Positions 1 to 8,650 are shown, numbered from the stretch's first letter. The stretch is DNA of 64,000 nt from an uncultured Candidatus Saccharibacteria bacterium (GCA_964599225.1 CAZRDO010000001.1:15153-79152), one strand, 5' to 3'. A program made the numbers and translations. Notes: generated from the letters alone by a model not told the origin.

Positions 1-1
1 T

Positions 2-88
2 GACAGGACCTGGGAGTCGTATAAGAAGACTGTTGAGGGTCAAGCTGATCAATTGGCTGAAAAATTAGGAAGTGTGGGTGTGCTCTAA
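2..88 (+). CDS. 3' end of an upstream CDS of unknown product, partial at window start
   Basis: Frame 2 is open from the window edge to TAA at 86-88 (…DRTWESYKKTVEGQADQLAEKLGSVGVL*), immediately before the rsmH ATG. Confidence 0.3.
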   Translation, partial: DRTWESYKKTVEGQADQLAEKLGSVGVL

Positions 89-991
89 ATGAACAACACT
101 ACCCCTGCTACGCATATTAGTGTTCTTTTACACGAATCAATAGATGGACTCGCACTTCGTCCAGGCATGACGATTGTCGACGCGACATTTGGAAATGGCG
201 GTCATAGTAGAGAAATACTTAGACGACTTAATGGAGAAATAAGAATCATTGCACTTGATCTTGATCCGACAATGCTTGCTCGGGGCAAGGAAAATTTCAA
301 AGATGTCAAAGATAAAATTGTCTTTGCAGAAGCATCATTTCGCGATATTGATACAGTGCTCGCCAAATATAACGTGAGCGAAGTACAAGGTGTGCTCTAT
401 GACCTCGGACTGAATTCACTTCTCTTAGAAGAGAGCAATAAAGGTTTTAGTTTCCAAAAGGATGAGCCACTTATTATGACCTTTTCAGATAATGCGCCCT
501 TTACCGCCGAAGACATTGTAAATGACTGGTCTGAAGAGACGATCGCAAATATTCTCTATGGGTATGCTGATGAACGCTACGCTAGACGTATTGCCAAAGC
601 GATCTGCGACGCTCGTACACGCATGCGTATTAAGATGACAAGCGAACTTCGTGAAATCATATTTGCGTCAGTACCAGCAGGGTATCGCCACGGACGAATC
701 CATCCAGCCACTAAAACATTTCAAGCACTGCGCATTGCAGTTAATGATGAGCTTACTGCACTTACCGAGAGTTTAAAGAAAAGTTTTGCGGTTTTATCTC
801 GAGGGGACCGAATTGCTGCCATTTCGTTCCACAGCCTCGAGGATAAAATCGTAAAACATTTCTTTAAAGATCTCAAGGAAGAAGGAAAGGCCATCATTAT
901 TACAAAAAAGCCAATAACGCCAAGCAAGGAAGAACTCATTACTAACCCACGATCTCGAAGCGCTAAACTTCGCATAGTTCAAAAAATATGA
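89..991 (+). CDS. rsmH: 16S rRNA (cytosine1402-N4)-methyltransferase RsmH/MraW
   Basis: 300 aa with the MraW hallmark N-terminus (HISVLLHESIDGL, DATFGNGGHS). Sits first in a dcw-type cluster ahead of ftsL/ftsI. Confidence 0.9.
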   Translation: MNNTTPATHISVLLHESIDGLALRPGMTIVDATFGNGGHSREILRRLNGEIRIIALDLDPTMLARGKENFKDVKDKIVFAEASFRDIDTVLAKYNVSEVQGVLYDLGLNSLLLEESNKGFSFQKDEPLIMTFSDNAPFTAEDIVNDWSEETIANILYGYADERYARRIAKAICDARTRMRIKMTSELREIIFASVPAGYRHGRIHPATKTFQALRIAVNDELTALTESLKKSFAVLSRGDRIAAISFHSLEDKIVKHFFKDLKEEGKAIIITKKPITPSKEELITNPRSRSAKLRIVQKI

Positions 992-1314
992 CAAAAAAAT
1001 ACAAAAATATTAAATACTACCTTAGAGAAAACGGAAAATTCCTAGTTAGAATTGCCGGTACTCTTGCTATCTTCTCATTCATCTTCTATACGTATTTTCT
1101 TGGCCATACCATTTATAGTGTTGTAGACCGTAAGGCAGTTGAGCATTCAAATGACGTACTCGCCAGTGAAGTGAGTGCAATGGAGTTAGAGTATCTCACT
1201 AGTGTAGGGTCAATCGATCGTGAGTTTGCGCTTAGTCATGGTTTCGGCGAGCCTTTGCATACGTACTATTCAAACCAAAACATTCTCCTAAGTTTCAGAG
1301 ATGATGTCCGCTAA
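988..1314 (+). CDS. ftsL: FtsL-like bitopic cell-division protein
   Basis: 108 aa with a short N-terminal cytoplasmic tail, one TM helix (IAGTLAIFSFIFYTYFL) and a short ectodomain. Sits in the canonical slot between rsmH and ftsI with overlapping stop/start. Confidence 0.5.
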   Translation: MTKKYKNIKYYLRENGKFLVRIAGTLAIFSFIFYTYFLGHTIYSVVDRKAVEHSNDVLASEVSAMELEYLTSVGSIDREFALSHGFGEPLHTYYSNQNILLSFRDDVR

Positions 1315-3016
1315 ATCATTTCATGTTCGTATAGTCATCCTCTCAATAGTAGTTTGTGTTTCTGCCGCGCTACTCGTTGGCAAGCTTTTCTATGTTCAAG
1401 TGGTCCATGCAGGGAACTATAAAGACCGAGCAGACCACCAATATGTGCAAGCGCCTGGAAGTGCCACTGCTCGAGGGACAATTTACTTGACTGAGAAGGA
1501 TGGTCTTCTGATTGGTGGAGCAGTGGATGAAGCTGGGTATAAGCTTGCTATTAATCCATCCCTCATCAAAGACAGTGAGGTAACCTATCAGGCTCTTAAT
1601 GAGATTGTTCCGATTGAGCACTCAGACTTTACAGCGAAAACAAAAAAAACCACTGACCCCTACGAAGAAATCGCATTTAAATTAAATAAAGTAGAGGCTG
1701 ATAAAATTACGGCATTGAAACTTCCTGGTGTAAGTGTATTTAAATCAAAATGGCGTTTCTATCCAGGCAACACACTTGCCGCTCAAACTCTTGGATTCGT
1801 AGCCTATAAAGATGATGCAATCACTGGACGCTATGGGCTTGAGTACATGTACAATGACGTATTGGCGCAAGAATCGCCAGAGCTGTATGTGAATTTCTTT
1901 GCACAAATCTTCTCCAGTATTTCTAAAAGTCTTTTTAGTACTGGCCAAGCAGATGGTAATCTTGTGACCACTATTGAACCAAACGTACAAGGATACTTTG
2001 ATGACGCCCTCAAAGATCTCGAGGCGAACTGGAATGCTGACCAAGTTGGTGGAATTATTATAGATCCAAAAACTGGAGAAATTATCGCTATGGCAAGCAG
2101 TCCTGGTTTTGATCTCAATAGTTTCCAGAATGTAGAAAATGCTTCAGTCTATTCAAATCCAAATGTAGAGAGCGTGTTTGAATTTGGTTCGGTGATTAAG
2201 CCTCTGGTTATGGCAGCAGCAATTAACGAGAAAGTCGTGACGCCAGAAACTACCTACACTGACCTTGGCTCAGTGACTGTTGATAAAAAAATAATTTATA
2301 ATTTTGATAAAAAAGCTCGTGGACTTACTACGATGCAAGGTGTGCTTAACGAATCGCTCAACACAGGTATGGTCTTTGTGGAAGGTAAGCTTGGTAAGAA
2401 CAACGAGCGCGATTACTTATATAAATATGGTCTTGGCGCAAAAACTGGCATCGATTTACCAAATGAGACGCGTGGGCTGACTGATAACTTAAAGAGTCCA
2501 CGAGAACTTGAGTATGCGACTGCAGCATTCGGTCAAGGCATTGCTCTTACGCCTGTACAAGCTGTGCGTGCGTTCTCGGTGCTTGCTAATGCTGGTGTGA
2601 GAGAAATCCCACATGTGGTGCGAGCAATTAAATATGATTCAGGCAGTGAGAAGGAGCTTGAGTTTAAAGACGGGGAAGAGGTTATCAGTGCTGAGAGTGC
2701 ACGTACAATTACCGATATGCTTGTCCGCGTGGTAGATGAAGGTTATGCACAGTACAAACTCGCACTTCCACATTATTCTGTAGCCGCCAAAACGGGTACT
2801 GCCCAGATTCCAGACCATAAGAATGGGGGATATATTGAGGGACAAAACTTGCATTCGATGTTTGGTTATTTCCCAGCGCAAGATCCGAAATTTCTTGTGT
2901 TAATTTATACTAAAAACCCAAAAGGTGTGAAGTATGCTGTGCAATCAACCTCACCAACATTTTTTGATGTCGTGAAATTTCTTCTCTCGTACTATAACGT
3001 AGCACCAGATCGCTAA
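1301..3016 (+). CDS. ftsI: peptidoglycan D,D-transpeptidase FtsI/PBP2-family class B PBP
   Basis: 571 aa with an N-terminal TM anchor and the transpeptidase motifs SVIKP (SxxK), SLNTG (SxN) and KTGTA (KTG). Confidence 0.88.
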   Translation: MMSAKSFHVRIVILSIVVCVSAALLVGKLFYVQVVHAGNYKDRADHQYVQAPGSATARGTIYLTEKDGLLIGGAVDEAGYKLAINPSLIKDSEVTYQALNEIVPIEHSDFTAKTKKTTDPYEEIAFKLNKVEADKITALKLPGVSVFKSKWRFYPGNTLAAQTLGFVAYKDDAITGRYGLEYMYNDVLAQESPELYVNFFAQIFSSISKSLFSTGQADGNLVTTIEPNVQGYFDDALKDLEANWNADQVGGIIIDPKTGEIIAMASSPGFDLNSFQNVENASVYSNPNVESVFEFGSVIKPLVMAAAINEKVVTPETTYTDLGSVTVDKKIIYNFDKKARGLTTMQGVLNESLNTGMVFVEGKLGKNNERDYLYKYGLGAKTGIDLPNETRGLTDNLKSPRELEYATAAFGQGIALTPVQAVRAFSVLANAGVREIPHVVRAIKYDSGSEKELEFKDGEEVISAESARTITDMLVRVVDEGYAQYKLALPHYSVAAKTGTAQIPDHKNGGYIEGQNLHSMFGYFPAQDPKFLVLIYTKNPKGVKYAVQSTSPTFFDVVKFLLSYYNVAPDR

Positions 3017-3265
3017 CTAAATTTGGAATTAAACCAAGTCACTATCGGAAATAAGGCAACCAGAAAAGACAAGCAATAAAGATCATAATAATCCCTATAA
3101 AGAAGGCGAATATCAATAGATTTTTGTCTATCTGTTTTGGTGTACTAAGCCATACATGATTTCTAATATATCGTTTTTTTTCCGTAGTTTAAGGAAATTT
3201 CGTAAGCTCATAAATATAGTATGAGTTGAAATTTTGCTAATGTAAAGACTGTTAAAATAGACACT

Positions 3266-3277
3266 GAACGAACGTTC
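3266..3277 (+). promoter_or_regulatory. Cheo-type LexA/SOS box (GAAC-N4-GTTC) abutting the lexA start codon
   Basis: Sequence GAACGAACGTTC lies directly before the ATG at 3278 and matches the Gram-positive-type LexA operator core GAAC-N4-GTTC. Possible -35 TTGCTA / -10 TAAAAT just upstream. Confidence 0.55.
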
Positions 3278-3856
3278 ATGTATACTTACCGCATGGAATA
3301 TACTCTTGATCGAATCAGATATTTTTATGAAAAAGAGAATCGCATGCCCTCATATGAGGAAGCGACGAAGCTCTTTGGTTATCAGTCTAAAAACGCTGCT
3401 TATGGCCGTATACGGAAGTTTATCGAAGAAGGCTATCTCGCTAAGAGCGCACGGGGCAAAGTCATTCCTGGGCCTCGATTTCACCAAATTAAGCTTCTCG
3501 GTCTGGTTGAGGCAGGCTTTCCAACCCCAGCTGAAGAGAACCTCCTCGATACGGTGACACTCGATGAGTATTTGGTGAAGAATAAAGAAGCGACGTTCAT
3601 GCTTCAGGTCAAGGGGGATTCGATGTATGACGCAGGTATTCGCGAGGGTGACATGGTGCTTGTCGAGCGTACTCGAGAAGCCAAGAATGGCCAGATTGTG
3701 ATTGCTGAAGTCGATGGGGCATGGACAATGAAATATTTTCGTCGTGAAGGCAAGCATACCTACCTCGAACCTGCTAACAAAAAATATAAACCTATTATTC
3801 CGAAAGAGAGTCTCACCATTACGGCAGTCGTGAAAGCAGTGATTAGGAAATATTAA
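3278..3856 (+). CDS. lexA: LexA repressor (S24 peptidase)
   Basis: N-terminal wHTH followed by the S24 autoprotease module (GDSMYDAGIREGDMVLVER…NGQIVIAEVDGAWTMKYF). Confidence 0.88.
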   Translation: MYTYRMEYTLDRIRYFYEKENRMPSYEEATKLFGYQSKNAAYGRIRKFIEEGYLAKSARGKVIPGPRFHQIKLLGLVEAGFPTPAEENLLDTVTLDEYLVKNKEATFMLQVKGDSMYDAGIREGDMVLVERTREAKNGQIVIAEVDGAWTMKYFRREGKHTYLEPANKKYKPIIPKESLTITAVVKAVIRKY

Positions 3857-3877
3857 CCCGCCAATAATTTTTAAAAT

Positions 3878-4141
3878 ATGCATTATGTCTATGTTTTGAA
3901 AAGTAAAAAGGATGGTGCATTGTATACTGGGTGTACAAAAGATTTAAAGACTAGATTAGACTTACGTAATGCAGGGGAGATTACATCCACAAGACTTCGC
4001 AGGCCATTTATACTCATTTATTACGAAGCTTTGCTCGACAAAAGTGATGCATTCGCGCGAGAGCAGTGGTTAAAGACTGGCTGGGGCAGAAACCACTTAC
4101 ATAAAATTCTTTCTAACTATTTTAAAAATTATGGCGGGTAA
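3878..4141 (+). CDS. GIY-YIG domain small nuclease (UPF0213/YhbQ-like), copy 1
   Basis: 87 aa containing YVYVLKS…LYTGCTKDLKTRL…RRPFILIYYEA (GIY-YIG core). Embedded between lexA and dinB with a 10-nt overlap into dinB. Confidence 0.7.
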   Translation: MHYVYVLKSKKDGALYTGCTKDLKTRLDLRNAGEITSTRLRRPFILIYYEALLDKSDAFAREQWLKTGWGRNHLHKILSNYFKNYGG

Positions 4142-5369
4142 AATGATTCTTCACGTTGATGGCGACGGATTCTTTGCTTACTGCGAAATGGCAGCCTACC
4201 CGGCGCTTCGTGGGAAGCCTGTGGCAGTGGGTGCTGAGCGTGGTATTGTCACTGCTTCAAGCTACCCGGCTAAGCGTATGGGAGTGACGCGAGGGTTACC
4301 TATGTTTAAACTACGTAAAGAATTTCCTAGTGTAACCGTGCTCCCGTCACACTTCGAACTCTACGAAGCCTACTCAGCAAAGCTCTATGGAGTCCTCACG
4401 CGTCACAGTGATAGAGTTGAACGCTACAGTATCGACGAGTGCTTTGCAGTACTTGAAGATAATGGTGAGGATTGGGATATGAGGCTCCGTGCAATCAAGA
4501 CAGAGGTGCAGGAGGATTTAGGAATCACCTTTTCATTTGGCTTAGCAGAGACAAAGTCACTGGCGAAACTCGCCTCGAAATGGCAGAAGCCTGATGGTGC
4601 GACAGTTATCCGTTCTGGAGAAGAAAGGTTATACCTTGAAGGTACACCAATTGGGAAAATTTGGGGTATTGGTAGGCGAACTGCACAAGTGTGTCTCGAG
4701 CGAGGCATTCGTACCGCACTTGATTTGCGGAGTCTCACACTCCAGGATGTCATGCAGTATTTCTCTCTACCTATTGTCGAAATTTGGCATGAACTTGGTG
4801 GGATACCTATGCATGATGTAGGTAATAATGATGAATCTCGTAAATCGCTTCAAGCCACCCGTACGTTTCCTAAAATACGTGGCGATGCATCAGCGGTTTT
4901 TTCAGAACTCTCATACAACACTGAAGTAGTGACAGCGCGGGCAAGAGAAGAAGGGCTTTTTGCACGAGCGGGCAATATATTTTTAAAAACTAATGATTTC
5001 CGCTACTATACACGGGAGTTTGTGCTACCCGAATACAGTGCTGATCCCAAAGAACTCCTTGCGGTAATTGAGCCAATATTCCAGGAGCTTTATAAACCAG
5101 ATGTCTATTATCGAGCTACTGGCATTACACTCAGTGGTTTACGCGAAGAAGATGAGATAGCACGAGATTTATTTGGCGCACGGGAAGCTAAGCTCAAATC
5201 TGATACATCGTTTCTCACGGCGCTTGATAGCGTACATGAGCGCTTTGGTACTCATGCGCTTTTCCTTGGTTCAAGTTTGGGGGCAGTGGCGAGAAGGGAA
5301 GATACTGTCAGTGTGACTGATAGGTATATTCCAGGATTACCGTATCCGTATTTAGGGGAGGTGGTGTAA
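4131..5369 (+). CDS. dinB: DNA polymerase IV (Y-family, DinB)
   Basis: ILHVDGDGFFAYCEM…YSIDECFAVLED catalytic motifs of Y-family polymerases, 412 aa. Confidence 0.88.
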   Translation: MAGKMILHVDGDGFFAYCEMAAYPALRGKPVAVGAERGIVTASSYPAKRMGVTRGLPMFKLRKEFPSVTVLPSHFELYEAYSAKLYGVLTRHSDRVERYSIDECFAVLEDNGEDWDMRLRAIKTEVQEDLGITFSFGLAETKSLAKLASKWQKPDGATVIRSGEERLYLEGTPIGKIWGIGRRTAQVCLERGIRTALDLRSLTLQDVMQYFSLPIVEIWHELGGIPMHDVGNNDESRKSLQATRTFPKIRGDASAVFSELSYNTEVVTARAREEGLFARAGNIFLKTNDFRYYTREFVLPEYSADPKELLAVIEPIFQELYKPDVYYRATGITLSGLREEDEIARDLFGAREAKLKSDTSFLTALDSVHERFGTHALFLGSSLGAVARREDTVSVTDRYIPGLPYPYLGEVV

Positions 5370-5389
5370 ATATAGCTTTTAAACAGAAT

Positions 5390-5764
5390 TTATATATGAC
5401 CTACGTCAAAGGAGATTAATTTTTTAAGATTTTCGCTGGTTACATTATTATGCAAAAGATGTCTAGGAAGTAAGCTATCTTCTATAATATTATCACTCAA
5501 AAAAGGCAGAATATACACATCATTATTTCTCCCTAAAACAACCTTTATTCCTTCATTTTTACACCTTTCGATTATTATATCTATAGGGGTAACATTGCCA
5601 GGATACTCTTTATCATCAGCACTGATTCTCTCGTACACGTCAGATTTAATCCCAGGAAATGGGAATTTCTCTCCACTCTCACTGAGTTCTCTTGCTAACT
5701 CAAGCTCTTCTTTTTTTCTACTCAATTTGCTGTCACCATTTTCAACTTTATTTAGTTCTTCCAT
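5390..5764 (-). CDS. hypothetical protein (acidic, 124 aa)
   Basis: Intact ORF with no recognisable motif. Lies in the accessory stretch between dinB and tRNA-Glu. Confidence 0.4.
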   Translation of the reverse strand: MEELNKVENGDSKLSRKKEELELARELSESGEKFPFPGIKSDVYERISADDKEYPGNVTPIDIIIERCKNEGIKVVLGRNNDVYILPFLSDNIIEDSLLPRHLLHNNVTSENLKKLISFDVGHI

Positions 5765-6187
5765 ATGAAGGAGTATAGCATGGGCAAGGTATGCTTCACA
5801 TTCATATTTAATGTGGTCACAAGTTACTAAGTCTACTCATCATACAAATGATTGTGCGTGGACTAAGTACTTGCGACCCTGTCTGCCGACAGGCAGGCCC
5901 GCCTCGGCGACAAGTATTTTGTCAGCACAAAATCTTGTATACCGCCTGTGGCTTCACAACGCCAGAAAAATCCCAAGCAGTTGGGATTATCTCTAGGCGC
6001 TGTGAGCCACTGTACAGGATGTTCGAACTATACTACACAGTATCGACGATCCTGACTTTGATATACCAGTACATGTACCAAACACCTATCAAAAAGGCAA
6101 AGTTAATATTGCTGCGGTGAATACGATAGGTACATGGTTTATAAATAATAAAAGGCGAGATAGCTCGCCTTAGTAGTTTTGGAATGA

Positions 6188-6382
6188 TTGCCCAAATGGT
6201 TGATGCGTTGGTGGGTGGTTTCCACTGACAATTTCATTTATGTATTGACATATCGAGCCAGACATGCTATTATAATATCAGTACTCTTATATATACTAGT
6301 TATTCGGTTGTGCTTGTTGGGTTTTCCTTGGCTCTTCGAAGGGATAAGGAAAACTCAACAAATTTTTAAACACAACAAATAA
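6188..6382 (+). CDS. hypothetical small membrane protein
   Basis: 64 aa with a hydrophobic core. Weak call. Confidence 0.25.
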   Translation: MPKWLMRWWVVSTDNFIYVLTYRARHAIIISVLLYILVIRLCLLGFPWLFEGIRKTQQIFKHNK

Positions 6383-6388
6383 CTCCAT

Positions 6389-6730
6389 ATGTCAGTACAA
6401 AAAATTAGTTTTAATTGTCACACAATCCCTGAATTAAAGGATTGGAAAAATTCTCTCTTTACACCCATCAATAAACAGGAGAATAAAATTATCCTTGTTG
6501 TTGATGATAAAGAGGCGACAAAAGTGACTATCCAGCGGCTGCTAAATGTAAAGGAAATACCACTGAAGAAAGAGGTAAAGATTGCTTTCCACGGCCTTCT
6601 TGGTGAAGTACAATCCTCAAAAGTTTATGACTCTGAAACAGTTTACTTTGACGGGGAAATAAATTTTACGAGAAAAACCTGTAAATTGAAAATGCAGGTC
6701 AATCTCAAGAAACATTTTTTTGCGGATTGA
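6389..6730 (+). CDS. hypothetical protein (113 aa, basic)
   Basis: Intact ORF immediately after the previous small ORF. No recognisable domain. Confidence 0.4.
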   Translation: MSVQKISFNCHTIPELKDWKNSLFTPINKQENKIILVVDDKEATKVTIQRLLNVKEIPLKKEVKIAFHGLLGEVQSSKVYDSETVYFDGEINFTRKTCKLKMQVNLKKHFFAD

Positions 6731-6859
6731 AATTCACTCAACTTATCTACGGAACTCATTATTGCAATGAGTTCCTTTTCATTTTTATTCGATATGGAAT
6801 AGCTTTGCCACAAACATCAATTTACCCCGCCTATCCTACCTCCTCTCTCCTCGCTAGAC

Positions 6860-7135
6860 TTGGTGTATATGGCAATACCAAATAACTTAAAACAAGTTAG
6901 AAAAGCCTGTGGACTGACACAAGTGACAGTCGCAAAGAAGCTAGGCTTCAAAAACTCGGACAGAATATCTAAGTGGGAGTATGGGCAGATGTATCCTCAC
7001 ATGGTGAATCTGCTGAAGTTGAGTCTTATTTATGAGACGAGGGTGGAAGATTTGTATCCGGAGTTGTTGTGGAAGCTTGGAGAGGAGATGAGGCCGAAGC
7101 CGGTGTATTCGTCTGTTCCTTCCGTATTATCCTAA
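6860..7135 (+). CDS. XRE-family helix-turn-helix transcriptional regulator
   Basis: LKQVRKACGLTQVTVAKKLGFKNSDRISKWEYGQ is a classic Cro/C1-type HTH. Confidence 0.75.
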   Translation: MVYMAIPNNLKQVRKACGLTQVTVAKKLGFKNSDRISKWEYGQMYPHMVNLLKLSLIYETRVEDLYPELLWKLGEEMRPKPVYSSVPSVLS

Positions 7136-7148
7136 AATTTATGAACCC

Positions 7149-8153
7149 TTATTTGGAGGACCGGGGACCAGGCGATGGAGGTATAGGTCTTTCAATCGGA
7201 CCACGATTATTAGGAAATTGACCTGGTCTTGCTGGTAACTGAACTATAGGCTGTTGTTGAACTACTTTATACATTCCCTTACCTTGATAATTTTCAAAAA
7301 TCTTAAAGGCTGGAGTTATAAGAAAAGTTAATGTAACTGTATAATTTATATCTTGTATTATTGATTCAAGTGATGGGTTACATTCACTTCCTTTCCTTAC
7401 CTCAACTAATCTTTTTTTAAGCTCATCAATATCAATTAGGCGTCCATGGGATAGATGTCTATCTCCTGCAAGAAATTTACTAGCTACACTAGCCTTGTTT
7501 TTTGCTCTAGGCTTTCCTTTTAACATATAGTCAGCTAACCATTGCTTAACTAGCGTTTCTGTGAGAGCGAGTGCATTCTTACATTCTGTTAAAAGAGAAG
7601 GTCCGTACTGTTGTAAAATTGGCAACCAAGCTGTAATGAAATCCTTATTTCTTTTGAGTTCTTCTTTGGCAGTTTGAAATTGTTTCAATATTGCATGGGC
7701 AGGACTCAATTGTTTTCCATTGATAATCATCTGTGGATCTGTAGGACCAAGTTCGGCATATTCACCAACAATAATTTCATCTCCTGACATAGCAAGCATA
7801 GTTGCAGCACTTTTAGCTATACTTGGAATAATAAACCTAATATTTTTAAATCTAGATCTTAGAAGCTTAACAATAGACTCAGTTGCTTCAGGTGATCCGC
7901 CAGGACTATGAAGTATTACATCAAGATTATCTCCACTGATATCCCTTAACACCTCAAAAAATCCATCCCTATCTCCAAGATTTATAGAAGTATCACCACC
8001 AGCAAGTTGCGCTTTTTTGGCGTTAAACATTTCAACTGCATACAAAATGCATGGCCTACCAGTCATCTGTGAAAGCTCCGCAAGCTTTCCTCTTCTTACA
8101 AGATCAATGTTACCAGAAGCTACCTGAGCATTTAGTTGTTCCCATGTTGCCAT
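7149..8153 (-). CDS. ClpP/crotonase-fold serine protease, SDH (serine dehydrogenase proteinase)/S49-like, with Pro-rich C-terminal tail
   Basis: ILYAVEMFN…DVILHSPGGSPEATESIV…FIIPSIAKSAATMLAMSGDEIIVGE resembles the SDH_sah / SppA-ClpP clan. The C-terminal 35 aa are P/G/Q-rich low complexity. Confidence 0.5.
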   Translation of the reverse strand: MATWEQLNAQVASGNIDLVRRGKLAELSQMTGRPCILYAVEMFNAKKAQLAGGDTSINLGDRDGFFEVLRDISGDNLDVILHSPGGSPEATESIVKLLRSRFKNIRFIIPSIAKSAATMLAMSGDEIIVGEYAELGPTDPQMIINGKQLSPAHAILKQFQTAKEELKRNKDFITAWLPILQQYGPSLLTECKNALALTETLVKQWLADYMLKGKPRAKNKASVASKFLAGDRHLSHGRLIDIDELKKRLVEVRKGSECNPSLESIIQDINYTVTLTFLITPAFKIFENYQGKGMYKVVQQQPIVQLPARPGQFPNNRGPIERPIPPSPGPRSSK

Positions 8154-8335
8154 TGTGTATTTTTGAAACTTATAACAGTCGCCTCACCTGAAGATGCATT
8201 TACAGCTTCATTATATTTTCTTTCACTTATACCAAAAATTTTGAGACTCCTTTCAATTTCAGGATTGCATCTTAGGAATGTTTTGATTTCTTTTGTCAGA
8301 TTGAGTTCCTTCTTGAAACTAGTTTTTCTGGTCAT
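8132..8335 (-). CDS. small hypothetical protein co-transcribed with the protease (overlaps its start by 22 nt)
   Basis: 67 aa, basic. Its stop overlaps the protease start codon, suggesting translational coupling. Confidence 0.4.
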   Translation of the reverse strand: MTRKTSFKKELNLTKEIKTFLRCNPEIERSLKIFGISERKYNEAVNASSGEATVISFKNTQWQHGNN

Positions 8336-8351
8336 AGTTTAAACATAACAT

Positions 8352-8420
8352 ACCATCATACCTTAGACCATTAGTTAGAAATCGGTCTACATAGGAAAGT
8401 TCGATTCCCACTAGGGTACT
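8352..8420 (+). pseudogene. tRNA 3'-half-like fragment (T-arm/acceptor-like), opposite orientation to tRNA-Glu
   Basis: …GTTCGATTCCCACTAGGGTACT resembles a T-loop (GTTCGATTC) plus an acceptor 3' strand and echoes TTCGATTCCCGGTAGGGTCACC of the adjacent tRNA-Glu. The T-stem cannot pair, so it is not an intact tRNA. A TAGACC…GGTCTA hairpin lies upstream. Confidence 0.25.
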
Positions 8421-8487
8421 AGGTATTTTGGTGAATATGAAGACCTAATAAATCCTTATTTTATAAAGCTTTGGTGATAGTAACAAA

Positions 8488-8561
8488 GGTGACCCTACCG
8501 GGAATCGAACCCGGATTAACGGCTTGAGAAGCCGGCGTCCTAACCGTTAGACGATAGGGCC
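8488..8561 (-). tRNA. tRNA-Glu (anticodon CUC)
   Basis: The reverse complement folds as a canonical cloverleaf: acceptor GGCCCTA/TAGGGTC, D-arm GTCT/GGAC, anticodon loop TTCTCAA (CUC), T-arm CCGGG-TTCGATT-CCCGG and discriminator A. CC but not the full CCA is encoded. Confidence 0.85.
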
Positions 8562-8650
8562 ATGTTGCTAGTTGGTAGGTTGTAGTGAGTAGGAGATAGA
8601 ATATACTACCAGCTACCATTTAGCTCTTGAAATATAACATATAGAATAGG

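Noticed and set aside
5811-6120. Overlapping 61-aa and 90-aa ORFs in the GC-rich patch
   Set aside because: The two frames overlap each other, are Cys/Arg/Pro-rich and coincide with extensive hairpin structure, so they are more likely non-coding (see the ncRNA finding).
8352-8420. A second intact tRNA next to tRNA-Glu
   Set aside because: The T-loop-like and acceptor-like segments are present, but the T-stem (GGAAAG vs CCCAC) and D-arm cannot pair. It is kept only as a possible tRNA fragment.
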